In this document: positions 19,334 through 28,776 of the stretch, piece after piece
How the letters are laid out: each line of letters starts with the position of its first letter
Numbering within the stretch: position 1 is the stretch's first letter
Assembly: GCA_963662545.2 (NCBI GenBank)
Contig: CAXXLL010000003.1
Span: forward strand, 512,001-576,000
DNA from: Gammaproteobacteria bacterium
GTDB taxonomy: Bacteria > Pseudomonadota > Gammaproteobacteria > Ga0077536
DNA: 64,000 nucleotides
Reading direction: 5' to 3'
Notes under the pieces: generated by a model
Told to the model about the DNA's origin: nothing
Databases searched by the model: none
The model's input: the letters and a program-made list of their open reading frames with translations, nothing else
Program-made: the position numbers and the translations under genes

Positions 19334-20137
19334 ATGAGCGCTCTCAGAATTTTCTCCTACCTGCCCAATCCGCGCCTCTTCAAGGCGACCATTACCGCTC
19401 GCTTGAATGGCGTAAGTCTAGAAATCCGCGGCGCGAAACCATCTGAGCTCGCCGAGTGGCTGTGGGATTTCGACGCCCACCCCTTGAACGACGCCGACCG
19501 CGCGGATCAATCGACCGTGCGTACCGCGCGCAAGGGATTCACCGGTGAGATACACAAGACCGACGACTTTTTGCAGGCACACCCGTTTGGCACGGTGCCA
19601 GCCGCTTTCGATCCCAGCGGACGAATCGGAATTTTCGAGTCGAACAGTATTATGCGCGCCGTTGCCCGCCTCGGTGAAGCACGGCTACAGCTTTACGGGG
19701 ACGATCCCTACTCCACGACCCGAGTCGACGCATTCCTCGATTCGAGCTTGGTTTTCGCGCTCGAAAGCCAGCGCTACCTCTTCGCGCTCGGCGGCAAGGG
19801 CTCGCTCGCGGGCGTGCACGACGAGATGACCGCTGCTTTCGAGGCTTACATGGGAGGCATCGACACAGTCCGCGGGACATCGTCGGCGTTCATCGCCGGA
19901 AACACGATGACGCTTGCGGATATCTGCTTCGCATGTGAATTGACATTGTTCGCACTCGAACGCCACGAACACGCCCGGCTCGAAGCGGTTGGACGCCGGC
20001 CGATCATCGGCCAAACCTCGCGCGAGGCTTATCCCCGCGCATTCGAACACTATGAGAAGTTGATGGCCGATCCGGTTTTCGCAGAGGATCTTGGGCCGTA
20101 CCGCGAAAAAATGACATTGGCGAAAATATTCGCCTGA
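19334..20137 (+). CDS. Glutathione S-transferase-family protein
   Basis: SYLPNPR..KA, HPFGTVPA, IFESNSIMRAV, MTLADIC; the ATG overlaps the IS target duplication. Confidence 0.8.
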   Translation: MSALRIFSYLPNPRLFKATITARLNGVSLEIRGAKPSELAEWLWDFDAHPLNDADRADQSTVRTARKGFTGEIHKTDDFLQAHPFGTVPAAFDPSGRIGIFESNSIMRAVARLGEARLQLYGDDPYSTTRVDAFLDSSLVFALESQRYLFALGGKGSLAGVHDEMTAAFEAYMGGIDTVRGTSSAFIAGNTMTLADICFACELTLFALERHEHARLEAVGRRPIIGQTSREAYPRAFEHYEKLMADPVFAEDLGPYREKMTLAKIFA

Positions 20138-20486
20138 ATACGACGCTCCAAAGCCGGCTTTTAAGAGACTGGGATGCGTCCGTGAGGCGTCGGGGAATTC
20201 GTCGCAATCTAAGGCGTGGATGCCTGGACACTTCCGCGTCGAATCCGGAGATAATACGATCTACTAGCAATGACGTTCGAAGCTATTTCGGATGTCTTTC
20301 GGGAAAATGCGTACAACGGATCGACGACAGGTGACCGCGTTCAAATCGTCGCCTGATAGTCCCGATGCCGTTGAATACTTTAACCCGTGAACGGGACGCC
20401 TGCAGCGGATTGCGCGAACGCGCCCAGTATACGACTCGCTTGAGAAAGGCGCAGTTCTAAAACCAAAATGGAAGGAGCAGATTAAA

Positions 20487-21116
20487 TTGAAACTCTATGA
20501 CTGCCAGATGGCACCCAATCCCCGGCGTGCACGGATCTTCATCGCCGAAAAGGGCCTCGATATACCTAAAATGGAGATCAACATCCTCGAAGGAGAAAAT
20601 CTCAAGGAAGATTATCTCAAGGTAAATCCCTGGGGCATGCTGCCGGCATTGGAGCTCGATGACGGCACCGTCATTACGGAAGCGCCCTGCATCTTTCGCT
20701 ACCTGGAAAATCAACATCCGGAACCGAACCTGTTGGGTAATGACCCGCTCGAATCGGCGCAGATCGAAGCTTGGGAGCGGTTTGCGGAAATGCAGGGCAT
20801 GGGCGCGATCGGTGAGTTCTTTCGCAACCAGATGGACGTGCTCAAGGATCGTGCCATGCCAGGCTTTTCGGGCATCGCACTGATACCAGAACTCGTCGAG
20901 CGCGGCAAAAAACGGACCGCCTGGTTTTACCAGCAGCTCGAAAAGCGCCTCGGTGAGTCGGAGTACGTAGGTTCCGATCGGTATACGGCCGCGGACATTA
21001 CGGCCCAATGTGCCGTGGATTTCGCCAATGCCACCGGACTGCCAGTCCCAGACGACTGCCCCAATGTCAGCCGGTGGCTAAAGGCCGTTGGTTCACGGGC
21101 AAGTGCCTCGGCCTGA
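20487..21116 (+). CDS. Glutathione S-transferase (GTT2-like)
   Basis: APNPRRARIF, NPWGMLPALELDDG, YTAADI; AGGAG RBS before TTG. Confidence 0.9.
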   Translation: MKLYDCQMAPNPRRARIFIAEKGLDIPKMEINILEGENLKEDYLKVNPWGMLPALELDDGTVITEAPCIFRYLENQHPEPNLLGNDPLESAQIEAWERFAEMQGMGAIGEFFRNQMDVLKDRAMPGFSGIALIPELVERGKKRTAWFYQQLEKRLGESEYVGSDRYTAADITAQCAVDFANATGLPVPDDCPNVSRWLKAVGSRASASA

Positions 21117-21247
21117 GATAAGGATAAGGGCGGGATGCCGGGTACAGGCGTACCGTCGTTTCTCGTCTTGCGACGGCCGATGAAATACGGACGGAGCAAG
21201 ACGGCCATTCGGATGAACGACGCCAAGGACCTGTACGTCCCGGATCG

Positions 21248-22081
21248 ATGCGCGAGCCGTCCATAGGAACCGACATGGGTTCGCGGTTCCACTGGCATTG
21301 CTGGCGCCGCGACGTATCGAATTTCGCGCTACTCAAGTATCGGGATTTCGACGGATTTCTTGTCACGATGGCGCATTCTGGCACGCATTGGCTCAAATAC
21401 ATGATGAGCGTCGCGATCGCGAGTCAGCTCGATCTCCCGCCTCCGCGCTACATACACAACGATTCGAGCAACGATTTTATCGGACACCCAAAACACGAGC
21501 GTCGTTACCGCGAGGCACCGCGGATCGCAAGCACCCACTCGATTCCGCATGCCATGTTCGACTCGCGAATGCTGCGCAAATTAGTAAAATTTCCACACTA
21601 CGCCATATTGGTACGTGATATTCGCGCGGCCTTGGTTTCGAACTACGAAAAATGGAAGCTTCGTTACGGCGTATCGTTTTCTGAATATTTACGTGGCGAC
21701 CCGTCCGGAAAATGTTACATCATGGATATCTGGTGGTGTTTGCACTTTCTCAACCGGTGGTCCCGCGTGACTGCGCGTTTTCCGCATGAAACGCTTATAT
21801 TAAAGTATGAGCGATTGACTGAAGATCCCGCCGTTTCGATCGAGCAGATATTTACCCACTTCGACATCGTGATCGCCCATGATCATATCGAGTACGCGAT
21901 CGCCGAATCGAGTAAGGAAAAAATGGCCGACAGGCTGAATCCGGACGACCCCGTGCGAAATATCGTGCGAGACAGCGATCGAGCGCCCGACACGTGGTTC
22001 AGCGCCGACGACAGGCTGTTTTTCGACACCACTCTGGCTCGCTACCTCCATGACGATTTTGGATATAGCTATAGTTGGTGA
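21248..22081 (+). CDS. Sulfotransferase-domain protein
   Basis: 5'-PSB-like LVTMAHSGTHWL, 3'-PB-like LVRDIRAALVSNY, LKYE.L..DP. Confidence 0.7.
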   Translation: MREPSIGTDMGSRFHWHCWRRDVSNFALLKYRDFDGFLVTMAHSGTHWLKYMMSVAIASQLDLPPPRYIHNDSSNDFIGHPKHERRYREAPRIASTHSIPHAMFDSRMLRKLVKFPHYAILVRDIRAALVSNYEKWKLRYGVSFSEYLRGDPSGKCYIMDIWWCLHFLNRWSRVTARFPHETLILKYERLTEDPAVSIEQIFTHFDIVIAHDHIEYAIAESSKEKMADRLNPDDPVRNIVRDSDRAPDTWFSADDRLFFDTTLARYLHDDFGYSYSW

Positions 22082-22117
22082 TTGCGGATTAAAGAAGACC
22101 AAGCGGAGAAGCAACCA

Positions 22118-23359
22118 GTGACCAATTCCTTCATCGAAGTCCAATCACGAGACGGCGGTAGCTTCAGGAGCTACCTGGCGGAGCCGTCAAACGGCAGCGG
22201 CCCCGGACTCGTCCTGCTCCAGGAGATCTTCGGGATCAATGCCTTCATGCGCGAGTCCGCCGATCGTTACGCCGAGGAGGGATATGTCTGTATCATCCCC
22301 GACCTTTTCTGGCGCCTCGAGCCAGACACCGATCTTGGCTATAAGGCGTCCGACGTCGAGAAGGCCCTGGACCTGCGCGCTCGGTTCGACGTCGATCAGG
22401 CCGTCATCGATATCGGCGACGCTATCGAAGCCTTGCGGCAACACGACGCGCAGGTCGGAAAGATTGCTTGTGTCGGTTATTGTCTGGGCGGATTGCTGGC
22501 CTATTTAAGCGCGGCACGGCTCGACATCGACTGCGCCGTCAGTTACTACGGCGTCGGCATCGAGAATTATCTGCAGGAAATGAACGCGATAAAACGGCCC
22601 TGCGTGCTGCACCTCGCCGAGTTGGACTCGAAGGTCCCGGCTAAAGCCCAGAGCGCGATTCAATCGGCGGCTGCGGACCTCCCGCAGCTACGCACCTACT
22701 CCTATCCGGGCTGCGGTCACGCGTTCGCGAACCGGCTCAGAGACAGCTACGACAAACCCGCCGCGATGATGGCGTATTCGCGTACGCTCGCGGCGCTGCG
22801 TAAGGAAATGGGTCCGATCTATGACCTCTCGGCATTATGGGAAAAACACACTGAATACGAATTCGCCATGCGCGACGTCGATCGCACCATGGCGACCATG
22901 GTGGACGAACCGTATGTCAACCACGTTCCAACGATGACCGGCGGCGTCGGATTCGATCACTTGAAGCGGTTCTATACGCATCACTTCGTGAATTCAAACC
23001 CCGAAGATACGCGCCTGATCCCCGTATCGCGCACGGTGGGTGCCGATCGACTGGTTGATGAAATGATTTTCTGCTTCACTCATACCCGCGAGATCCCGTG
23101 GATGCTGCCGGGCATTGAACCGACGGGGAAATACGTCGAGATACCGCTCGTCGCAATCGTCAATTTCCGCGGGGACAAGCTCTATCACGAGCACATTTAC
23201 TGGGATCAGGCGTCAGTACTCGTGCAAATCGGCAAACTCGACCCGAGCGGACTGCCCGTCGCGGGCATAGAGACCGCGAAGAAGCTCGTCGACGAACGGC
23301 TGCCATCGAACGGATTAATGGCCGAAGCCTGGGCGGCGAGCGAAGACAAACCGACTTGA
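22118..23359 (+). CDS. Dienelactone hydrolase fused to a SnoaL/NTF2-like domain
   Basis: LQEIFGIN, GYCLGG nucleophile, YPGCGHAF; C-terminal WEKH..YEF..RD..TM.TMV.EPYVNHVPT..HEHIYWDQ. Confidence 0.88.
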   Translation: MTNSFIEVQSRDGGSFRSYLAEPSNGSGPGLVLLQEIFGINAFMRESADRYAEEGYVCIIPDLFWRLEPDTDLGYKASDVEKALDLRARFDVDQAVIDIGDAIEALRQHDAQVGKIACVGYCLGGLLAYLSAARLDIDCAVSYYGVGIENYLQEMNAIKRPCVLHLAELDSKVPAKAQSAIQSAAADLPQLRTYSYPGCGHAFANRLRDSYDKPAAMMAYSRTLAALRKEMGPIYDLSALWEKHTEYEFAMRDVDRTMATMVDEPYVNHVPTMTGGVGFDHLKRFYTHHFVNSNPEDTRLIPVSRTVGADRLVDEMIFCFTHTREIPWMLPGIEPTGKYVEIPLVAIVNFRGDKLYHEHIYWDQASVLVQIGKLDPSGLPVAGIETAKKLVDERLPSNGLMAEAWAASEDKPT

Positions 23360-23471
23360 AGTCAGCCGCTGCGGGATCAAATCCGTGACGCTGCTCTGTC
23401 GCCGCAATAGACCCACCGAGAATACGTCGCCTTGCAGTCTATTGACGGGATATTGCACCGCAATATTTCAC

Positions 23472-23498
23472 TTAAGTTTCCTGCGAGACGACCGCTAT
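23472..23498 (+). promoter_or_regulatory. Candidate sigma28-type promoter for the HD-GYP gene
   Basis: TTAAGTTT-N11-ACCGCTAT, about 70 bp upstream of ATG 23570. Confidence 0.4.
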
Positions 23499-23569
23499 CA
23501 AATACTGAATTTCGCTACACCGTTTGAGCCTATATTGGAAGGCCCAGAACACCAACTGCCGCGCGAACG

Positions 23570-24850
23570 ATGATGGAAAACAGTAGGAACAAAAGTCTAA
23601 TAAAGATCCCGGTTAAACAACTTCGGACCGGAATGTTTTTGTACGAAATCTGCGGGTCCTGGATGGACCACCCCTTCATGAATACCCAATTCTTGCTCAA
23701 GGATTCGGCTGATGTTGATAAAATTCGGAACTCTGCGATCGTCGCAGTGTGGATCGATACTGCCCGTGGCGCGGAGGCCAAACTCAACAAGGCCGAGGGC
23801 GAACCCGCTGATGTCTCCAACGTAAGTGAAACTTCGCGGCCGATCGAAGCCCTCGCTAATTCCAGCAGTTTAGAAGCCACGGTTGACCTCAACGAAGAAA
23901 TCGCTCGAGCCGCAACAATTTGCGGGCAGGCGAAAGAGGCTGTAACAAATATGTTCCGCGAGGCCCGGATGGGCAAGGCAGTAGCCGCGGAAGAACTCGA
24001 ACCACTGGTGGCAGAGATCTCCGGCTCGGTCATGCGCAACCCCGGCGCACTAATAAGCCTTGCCCGTCTGAAAGACAAAGATGACTACACCTATTTGCAT
24101 TCGGTCGCTGTATGCGGGTTGATGATCGCCCTCGCGCGGCAGCTCAAATTCGACGAACCGCAAGCGCACGAAGCCGGATTGGCCGGCTTACTGCACGATC
24201 TCGGCAAGGCCGCGATACCGCTGGAGATACTGAACAAGCCGGGAAAGCTCACGGACACCGAATTCGAAAAAATCAAATCCCATCCCGTACGCGGCTACGA
24301 AATGCTGATCGAAGGCGGGAGTGTCGGTGAAATACCGCTCGATGTCTGTCTACGCCACCATGAAAAAACGAGCGGCCGCGGCTACCCGGACGGCCTGGAT
24401 GCCGCTTCCTTGAGCCTCCATGCCAAGATGGGAGCGGTCTGCGACGTCTACGACGCGATCACGTCCGAGCGCCCGTACAAAAACGGCTGGGACCCGGCAA
24501 CGGCAATCCGCAAGATGAACGAATGGCAGGACGGCCATTTCGACGAGCCAGTTTTCCAGGCCTTCGTCAAGACCGTCGGTATTTATCCCGTCGGTTCATT
24601 GGTACGGCTCGATTCGGGCATGCTCGCAGTGGTCAATGAAGTTTCCCATGGCAACCTGCTGGCGCCCATCGTCAAAACATTTTATTGCACGCACCGAAAC
24701 GTACGTCTGCCGCCTGGGGTCATCGATCTCGCCGCATCGGCTCAACGCATTGTTGCATGGGAATCGCCTGCGAATTGGCATTTCCCCGACTTGGAAGAAC
24801 TCTGGAGCGGTATCGATCAACACGCAGCGCGGCAAGCGGGTGCCGCCTGA
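23570..24850 (+). CDS. HD-GYP cyclic-dinucleotide phosphodiesterase with DUF3391-like N-terminus
   Basis: GSWMDHPF, YTYLHSV, LLHDLGK, HHEK..G.GYP.GL, DVYDAITSERPYK. Confidence 0.92.
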   Translation: MMENSRNKSLIKIPVKQLRTGMFLYEICGSWMDHPFMNTQFLLKDSADVDKIRNSAIVAVWIDTARGAEAKLNKAEGEPADVSNVSETSRPIEALANSSSLEATVDLNEEIARAATICGQAKEAVTNMFREARMGKAVAAEELEPLVAEISGSVMRNPGALISLARLKDKDDYTYLHSVAVCGLMIALARQLKFDEPQAHEAGLAGLLHDLGKAAIPLEILNKPGKLTDTEFEKIKSHPVRGYEMLIEGGSVGEIPLDVCLRHHEKTSGRGYPDGLDAASLSLHAKMGAVCDVYDAITSERPYKNGWDPATAIRKMNEWQDGHFDEPVFQAFVKTVGIYPVGSLVRLDSGMLAVVNEVSHGNLLAPIVKTFYCTHRNVRLPPGVIDLAASAQRIVAWESPANWHFPDLEELWSGIDQHAARQAGAA

Positions 24851-24857
24851 AGTTAGA

Positions 24858-26696
24858 TCAATTCGTCGCGATATTCGTTTCTTCATCGTCGTGATTAGGC
24901 AGAAAACCGCCTGCCTGCATCGCCCACATGTGCGCGTAGTGCCCGCTGCGCTCTAACAGTCCATCGTGGGTGCCATCTTCGATAATGCGGCCCTCGTGAA
25001 AAACAACGATGCGGTCCATGTGCGCCAGGGTCGAGAGACGGTGTGCGATCACCACGACGGTCTTCCCCGCCATTAGGAATTCGAGGCTGCTCTGGATACT
25101 GCGCTCGGTAACGGAATCGAGTGAACTCGTCGCCTCGTCCAGCAACAGGATCTGTGCTTGTTTCAGAATGGCTCTGGCGAGCGTGATGCGCTGTCGTTGT
25201 CCGCCGGACAGCTTGACGCCGCGTTCGCCGACCAGGGATTCGTAACCGTCCTCGGTTTCCATGATGAACTCGTGCGCCTGCGCCTTATGTGCGGCTTCAA
25301 TGACTTCCTCGTCGCTCGCTTCGAGCCGCCCATAGCGGATGTTCTCCATCAAGGTCCGGTGGAACAACATGGGCTCCTGGGGAATCATGGCGATGGCCGC
25401 GCGCAGGCTCTCTTGAGTGACCTGTTGTATGTCCTGGCCGTCGACGAGAATGCTGCCCGACTGCGGTTCGAACAGGCGCAGGATTAAGTTGAGCATCGTA
25501 CTCTTGCCGCTGCCCGAGTATCCCACCAGCCCGACGCGCTCCCCGGCGCGAATGATCAAATTAAAATCCGTGAATACCGGCCGGTTCAACGTATAAGAAA
25601 AATCGACGCTTTCGATCCTGATTTCACCCCTTGAGACGATGAGCGTTGGCGCATCGCGACGATCGACCACCTCGTATGGACGGATGATGACGTTGACACC
25701 GTCGTTGATGTTACCGACGTATTCGAAAAATTCGAGGAACCGCCGGCTTAAGCCTCGCGCCTGCTCGATCAGCATTAATGCCAGGCTTGCGGACATGGCG
25801 AACTCGCCGGTCGTCATGCCTTCGCGTCCCCAGATTGCCAGCGCGTAGCCGATGATCCCGAGCATGAGGATCATCGCCGCGATGAACTGAAACCATCGGA
25901 TCCACTCCATGAACCAGTATGTTTCGCGCGCCCTTTTGACTTCGAGATTCAAATAACCTTCCAGATACGAACGCTCGTAGTCGCGCCGAGCGAACAGCTT
26001 GGCGTTCATGATGTTCGAGACGGAATCTACGATTTTGCCGCTGACCAGGCTGCGCGCGGCGGCATAATCCCGTGCGTAACGCCGGCAGCGTGACGCCAGG
26101 ATGAAAGAGATGATCACGTACGCACCCGTCCATACGGCGAGAACGAGCGCAAGTTTGAGGTTGACGCCGCCTAGCAGAACCAGTGACACACCAAACGAAA
26201 TCGCGAGAGGCCAGAAGTCGAACAGCACCGTCCAGAGCGTATGCGCGACGCTCATCGCCACCTCCGCGATCCGGTTGGCCAGCGATCCGGCGAAATTGCT
26301 CATGAAATAGCGTTGTGAATGTTGCTGCAGGTAGGCAAACAATTCACGACGCACGCGTCGGCGTATTTCCGGCCCGAGTATGACGAGAATCGCCCCGCTG
26401 GCGCGGGCGAATAAAACGACGCCGAGATTGAGACCTGCGAACAGCCAGAAAGGACTAGCCACCACGTCCCATACGGGTGCAAGCTCAGCCTGGGCCTGGA
26501 CCACCGCATCCATGATCTGCTTGATGGCGTAGGGCAGGAGGATGGAACACGCGGCCTGCCCTGCTTCCAGCCCGATCATGGTGTACACGAACAAGGCATA
26601 CACCCGTGCGTAGCGCATGCAGAACCGCGCCGGCGTGGTTGGAAGATCCGGCGCTCCGTTGTTGGTGGGAAAACCGCTTTCCGCGACCTCGCTCAT
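24858..26696 (-). CDS. ABC exporter, fused permease/ATPase
   Basis: TM domain plus GYSGSGKST, LSGGQRQR, LLLDEATS, IAHRLST. Confidence 0.93.
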   Translation of the reverse strand: MSEVAESGFPTNNGAPDLPTTPARFCMRYARVYALFVYTMIGLEAGQAACSILLPYAIKQIMDAVVQAQAELAPVWDVVASPFWLFAGLNLGVVLFARASGAILVILGPEIRRRVRRELFAYLQQHSQRYFMSNFAGSLANRIAEVAMSVAHTLWTVLFDFWPLAISFGVSLVLLGGVNLKLALVLAVWTGAYVIISFILASRCRRYARDYAAARSLVSGKIVDSVSNIMNAKLFARRDYERSYLEGYLNLEVKRARETYWFMEWIRWFQFIAAMILMLGIIGYALAIWGREGMTTGEFAMSASLALMLIEQARGLSRRFLEFFEYVGNINDGVNVIIRPYEVVDRRDAPTLIVSRGEIRIESVDFSYTLNRPVFTDFNLIIRAGERVGLVGYSGSGKSTMLNLILRLFEPQSGSILVDGQDIQQVTQESLRAAIAMIPQEPMLFHRTLMENIRYGRLEASDEEVIEAAHKAQAHEFIMETEDGYESLVGERGVKLSGGQRQRITLARAILKQAQILLLDEATSSLDSVTERSIQSSLEFLMAGKTVVVIAHRLSTLAHMDRIVVFHEGRIIEDGTHDGLLERSGHYAHMWAMQAGGFLPNHDDEETNIATN

Positions 26697-26703
26697 GACT
26701 TAG

Positions 26704-26865
26704 AGAACCTCTGAATAAGTCATGGTGCGTCTGAATGGTTCATGCCATCGTGCAGATCAAGGCACGAAGCGCAGGCCATAGCGGGGATTAGGGCTAAGGT
26801 TCGCAACGTAAGGCTCCGCGATTTCATGGGCAAGGCAGATGGGCCATGATTTATTCAGAGGTTTC
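26704..26865. mobile_element. MITE-like element, family A copy 1 (162 bp)
   Basis: TIR RRAACCTCTGAATAARTCATGG at both ends, TTAG on both flanks; about 142/162 identical (manual count) to the reverse complement of 52542-52703. Confidence 0.88.
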
Positions 26866-27612
26866 TTAGCGTCCGCCGGATATGTCGACGAAGGCGCCGG
26901 TCGTATACGACGCCTCGTCCGAAAGCAGCCAGAGGATGACGCGCGCGACCTCTTCGGGGCTGCCGGCGCGCTTCATCGGGACCATTGACGAGAATTTTTC
27001 GACGCGGTCGGGTGCACCGGCCGATGCATGTATATCCGTGTCGACAATGCCCGGCCGTACCGAATTCACGCGGATTCCCTGCGCACCATACTCCTTGGCC
27101 AGCCCCAAGGTCATGGCGTCAATCGCGGCCTTCGATGCCGCATAGTCCACGAATTCGTTGGGGGAGCCGATTCGCGCCGCTGCCGAGGAGACGTTGACGA
27201 TCGCGCCGCCCGCCCCGCCGGACGTCGTAGACAAGCGCTTGACCGTATCACGCGCGCACAAAAACGCGCCGTAAATGTTGATATCGAACGTGCGTTTGAG
27301 ACGCTCGGAATCGTACCCGGAAAATGGTCCGATGCGCCCCACTACACCGGCATTGTTGACGAGCGCGGTCAAGTTCGCATCGAACGCATCCAGTTGGTCG
27401 AACATCCTCAGAACGTGCTCTTCGTTGGATACATCGCCAGGGAGCAGCAGCGCGCGACCGTCGGCCATCTCGATTTGATCGCAGATTCCGCGTGCCGCGG
27501 CTTCGTCGCGAACGAAATTGACGCCCACTGCGTATCCGCGTGCTGCAGCCAGTCTGGCCGTAGCGGCACCGATGCCACGGCTCGCACCCGTAATCAAGAT
27601 TAGCGGATCCAC
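26866..27612 (-). CDS. Short-chain dehydrogenase/reductase
   Basis: TGASRGIG, NNAG, YAASK, ISGGR. Confidence 0.92.
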   Translation of the reverse strand: MDPLILITGASRGIGAATARLAAARGYAVGVNFVRDEAAARGICDQIEMADGRALLLPGDVSNEEHVLRMFDQLDAFDANLTALVNNAGVVGRIGPFSGYDSERLKRTFDINIYGAFLCARDTVKRLSTTSGGAGGAIVNVSSAAARIGSPNEFVDYAASKAAIDAMTLGLAKEYGAQGIRVNSVRPGIVDTDIHASAGAPDRVEKFSSMVPMKRAGSPEEVARVILWLLSDEASYTTGAFVDISGGR

Positions 27613-27630
27613 TGCTCCGATATTCTCGGG

Positions 27631-28764
27631 TCAAGGCCCGCCAAAACTTACCCGGTAAACCGCGCCCGCATGATCGTCAGAAATCAGCATGGACCCATCC
27701 GCCATGACTTCAAAGTCGACCGGCCTGCCCCAATGAGCCTGCCCTTTGAGCCAACCCGTTATGAACGGTTCATAATCGATTACGCGACCCGCTTTCGATA
27801 TTCGCGCCACCATGACTCGATACCCCGCCTTGCGGGACCGGTTCCAGGAACCGTGCTCGGCGACGAACAACGCGTAGCGATAGGCCGAAGGAAATTGATG
27901 GCCATCGTAGAAATTGATTCCGAGCGGCGTGACATGAGCGCCCAGCGCCTTTGCCGGCGGCGTGAAATCTCGAGCTTCACGACCGCTGCCAAAGTCCGGA
28001 TCGGCGATGTCACCGGCATGAAAATAGGGAAATCCGAAATGTAGCCCGGCATGGGGCGCTCGATTGAGCTCACAAGGCGGCAAATCGTCTCCCATCATAT
28101 CGGCGCCGTTGTCACTAAACCAAAGTTCCAAGCTCACGGGATGCCAGTCGAAACCCACGCTGTTGCGGATCCCCGACGCGTACACTTCAACCTCCGTCCC
28201 ATCCGGAAGCATGCGTAATATCGTCCCGAACGGCGGCGTTACGGTGCAAATATTGCACGGCGATCCGACGGGAACGTAGAGCCTGCCGTCGGGCCCGAAT
28301 GCAATGAATTTCCATCCATGATGACTTTCCGTCGGCAGTTCATCGTAAACCACGACCGGTGACGGCGGATGCTCGAGCTGATCCTCGATATTGTCGAAAC
28401 GCAGGATGCGATGCACTTCGGCGACGAAGAGGCTGCCGTCTCGAAACGCGATTCCAGAAGGCATGTAAAGATCCTTGGCGATGATATGGACTTCATCGGC
28501 GACAAAATCACCGTTCCGGTCGACTACGGCATAAACTACGCCCCTACTGCGGGTTCCCACGAAGAGGATGCCGGACGGACTCAACGCCATTTGACGTGCA
28601 TTGGGGACTTCGGAGGTAAATACCGCTATCGAAAACCCCGGGGCCAACTCGAGATCCGAAACGGTAAACGCCTGGACAGAGAATGTCGCGGCGCCGAAAA
28701 GGACTGCGCGCCCGGCGCGAACCAGGTTCTCCCGAATGGAGAATTCCGCCTTGCTCATAGGCAT
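27631..28764 (-). CDS. PQQ-dependent glucose/sorbosone dehydrogenase-family protein
   Basis: HHGWKFIAFGPDG.LYV.VGSPCN, GIRNSVGFDWHP, HGSWNRS, GRPVD, ISDD. Confidence 0.88.
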   Translation of the reverse strand: MPMSKAEFSIRENLVRAGRAVLFGAATFSVQAFTVSDLELAPGFSIAVFTSEVPNARQMALSPSGILFVGTRSRGVVYAVVDRNGDFVADEVHIIAKDLYMPSGIAFRDGSLFVAEVHRILRFDNIEDQLEHPPSPVVVYDELPTESHHGWKFIAFGPDGRLYVPVGSPCNICTVTPPFGTILRMLPDGTEVEVYASGIRNSVGFDWHPVSLELWFSDNGADMMGDDLPPCELNRAPHAGLHFGFPYFHAGDIADPDFGSGREARDFTPPAKALGAHVTPLGINFYDGHQFPSAYRYALFVAEHGSWNRSRKAGYRVMVARISKAGRVIDYEPFITGWLKGQAHWGRPVDFEVMADGSMLISDDHAGAVYRVSFGGP

Positions 28765-28776
28765 CGAGCAGGCGGG

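Noticed and set aside
21150-21225. Hammerhead ribozyme
   Set aside because: A three-way junction and a GAAAC are present on the minus strand, but the CUGANGA core is missing at the required position.
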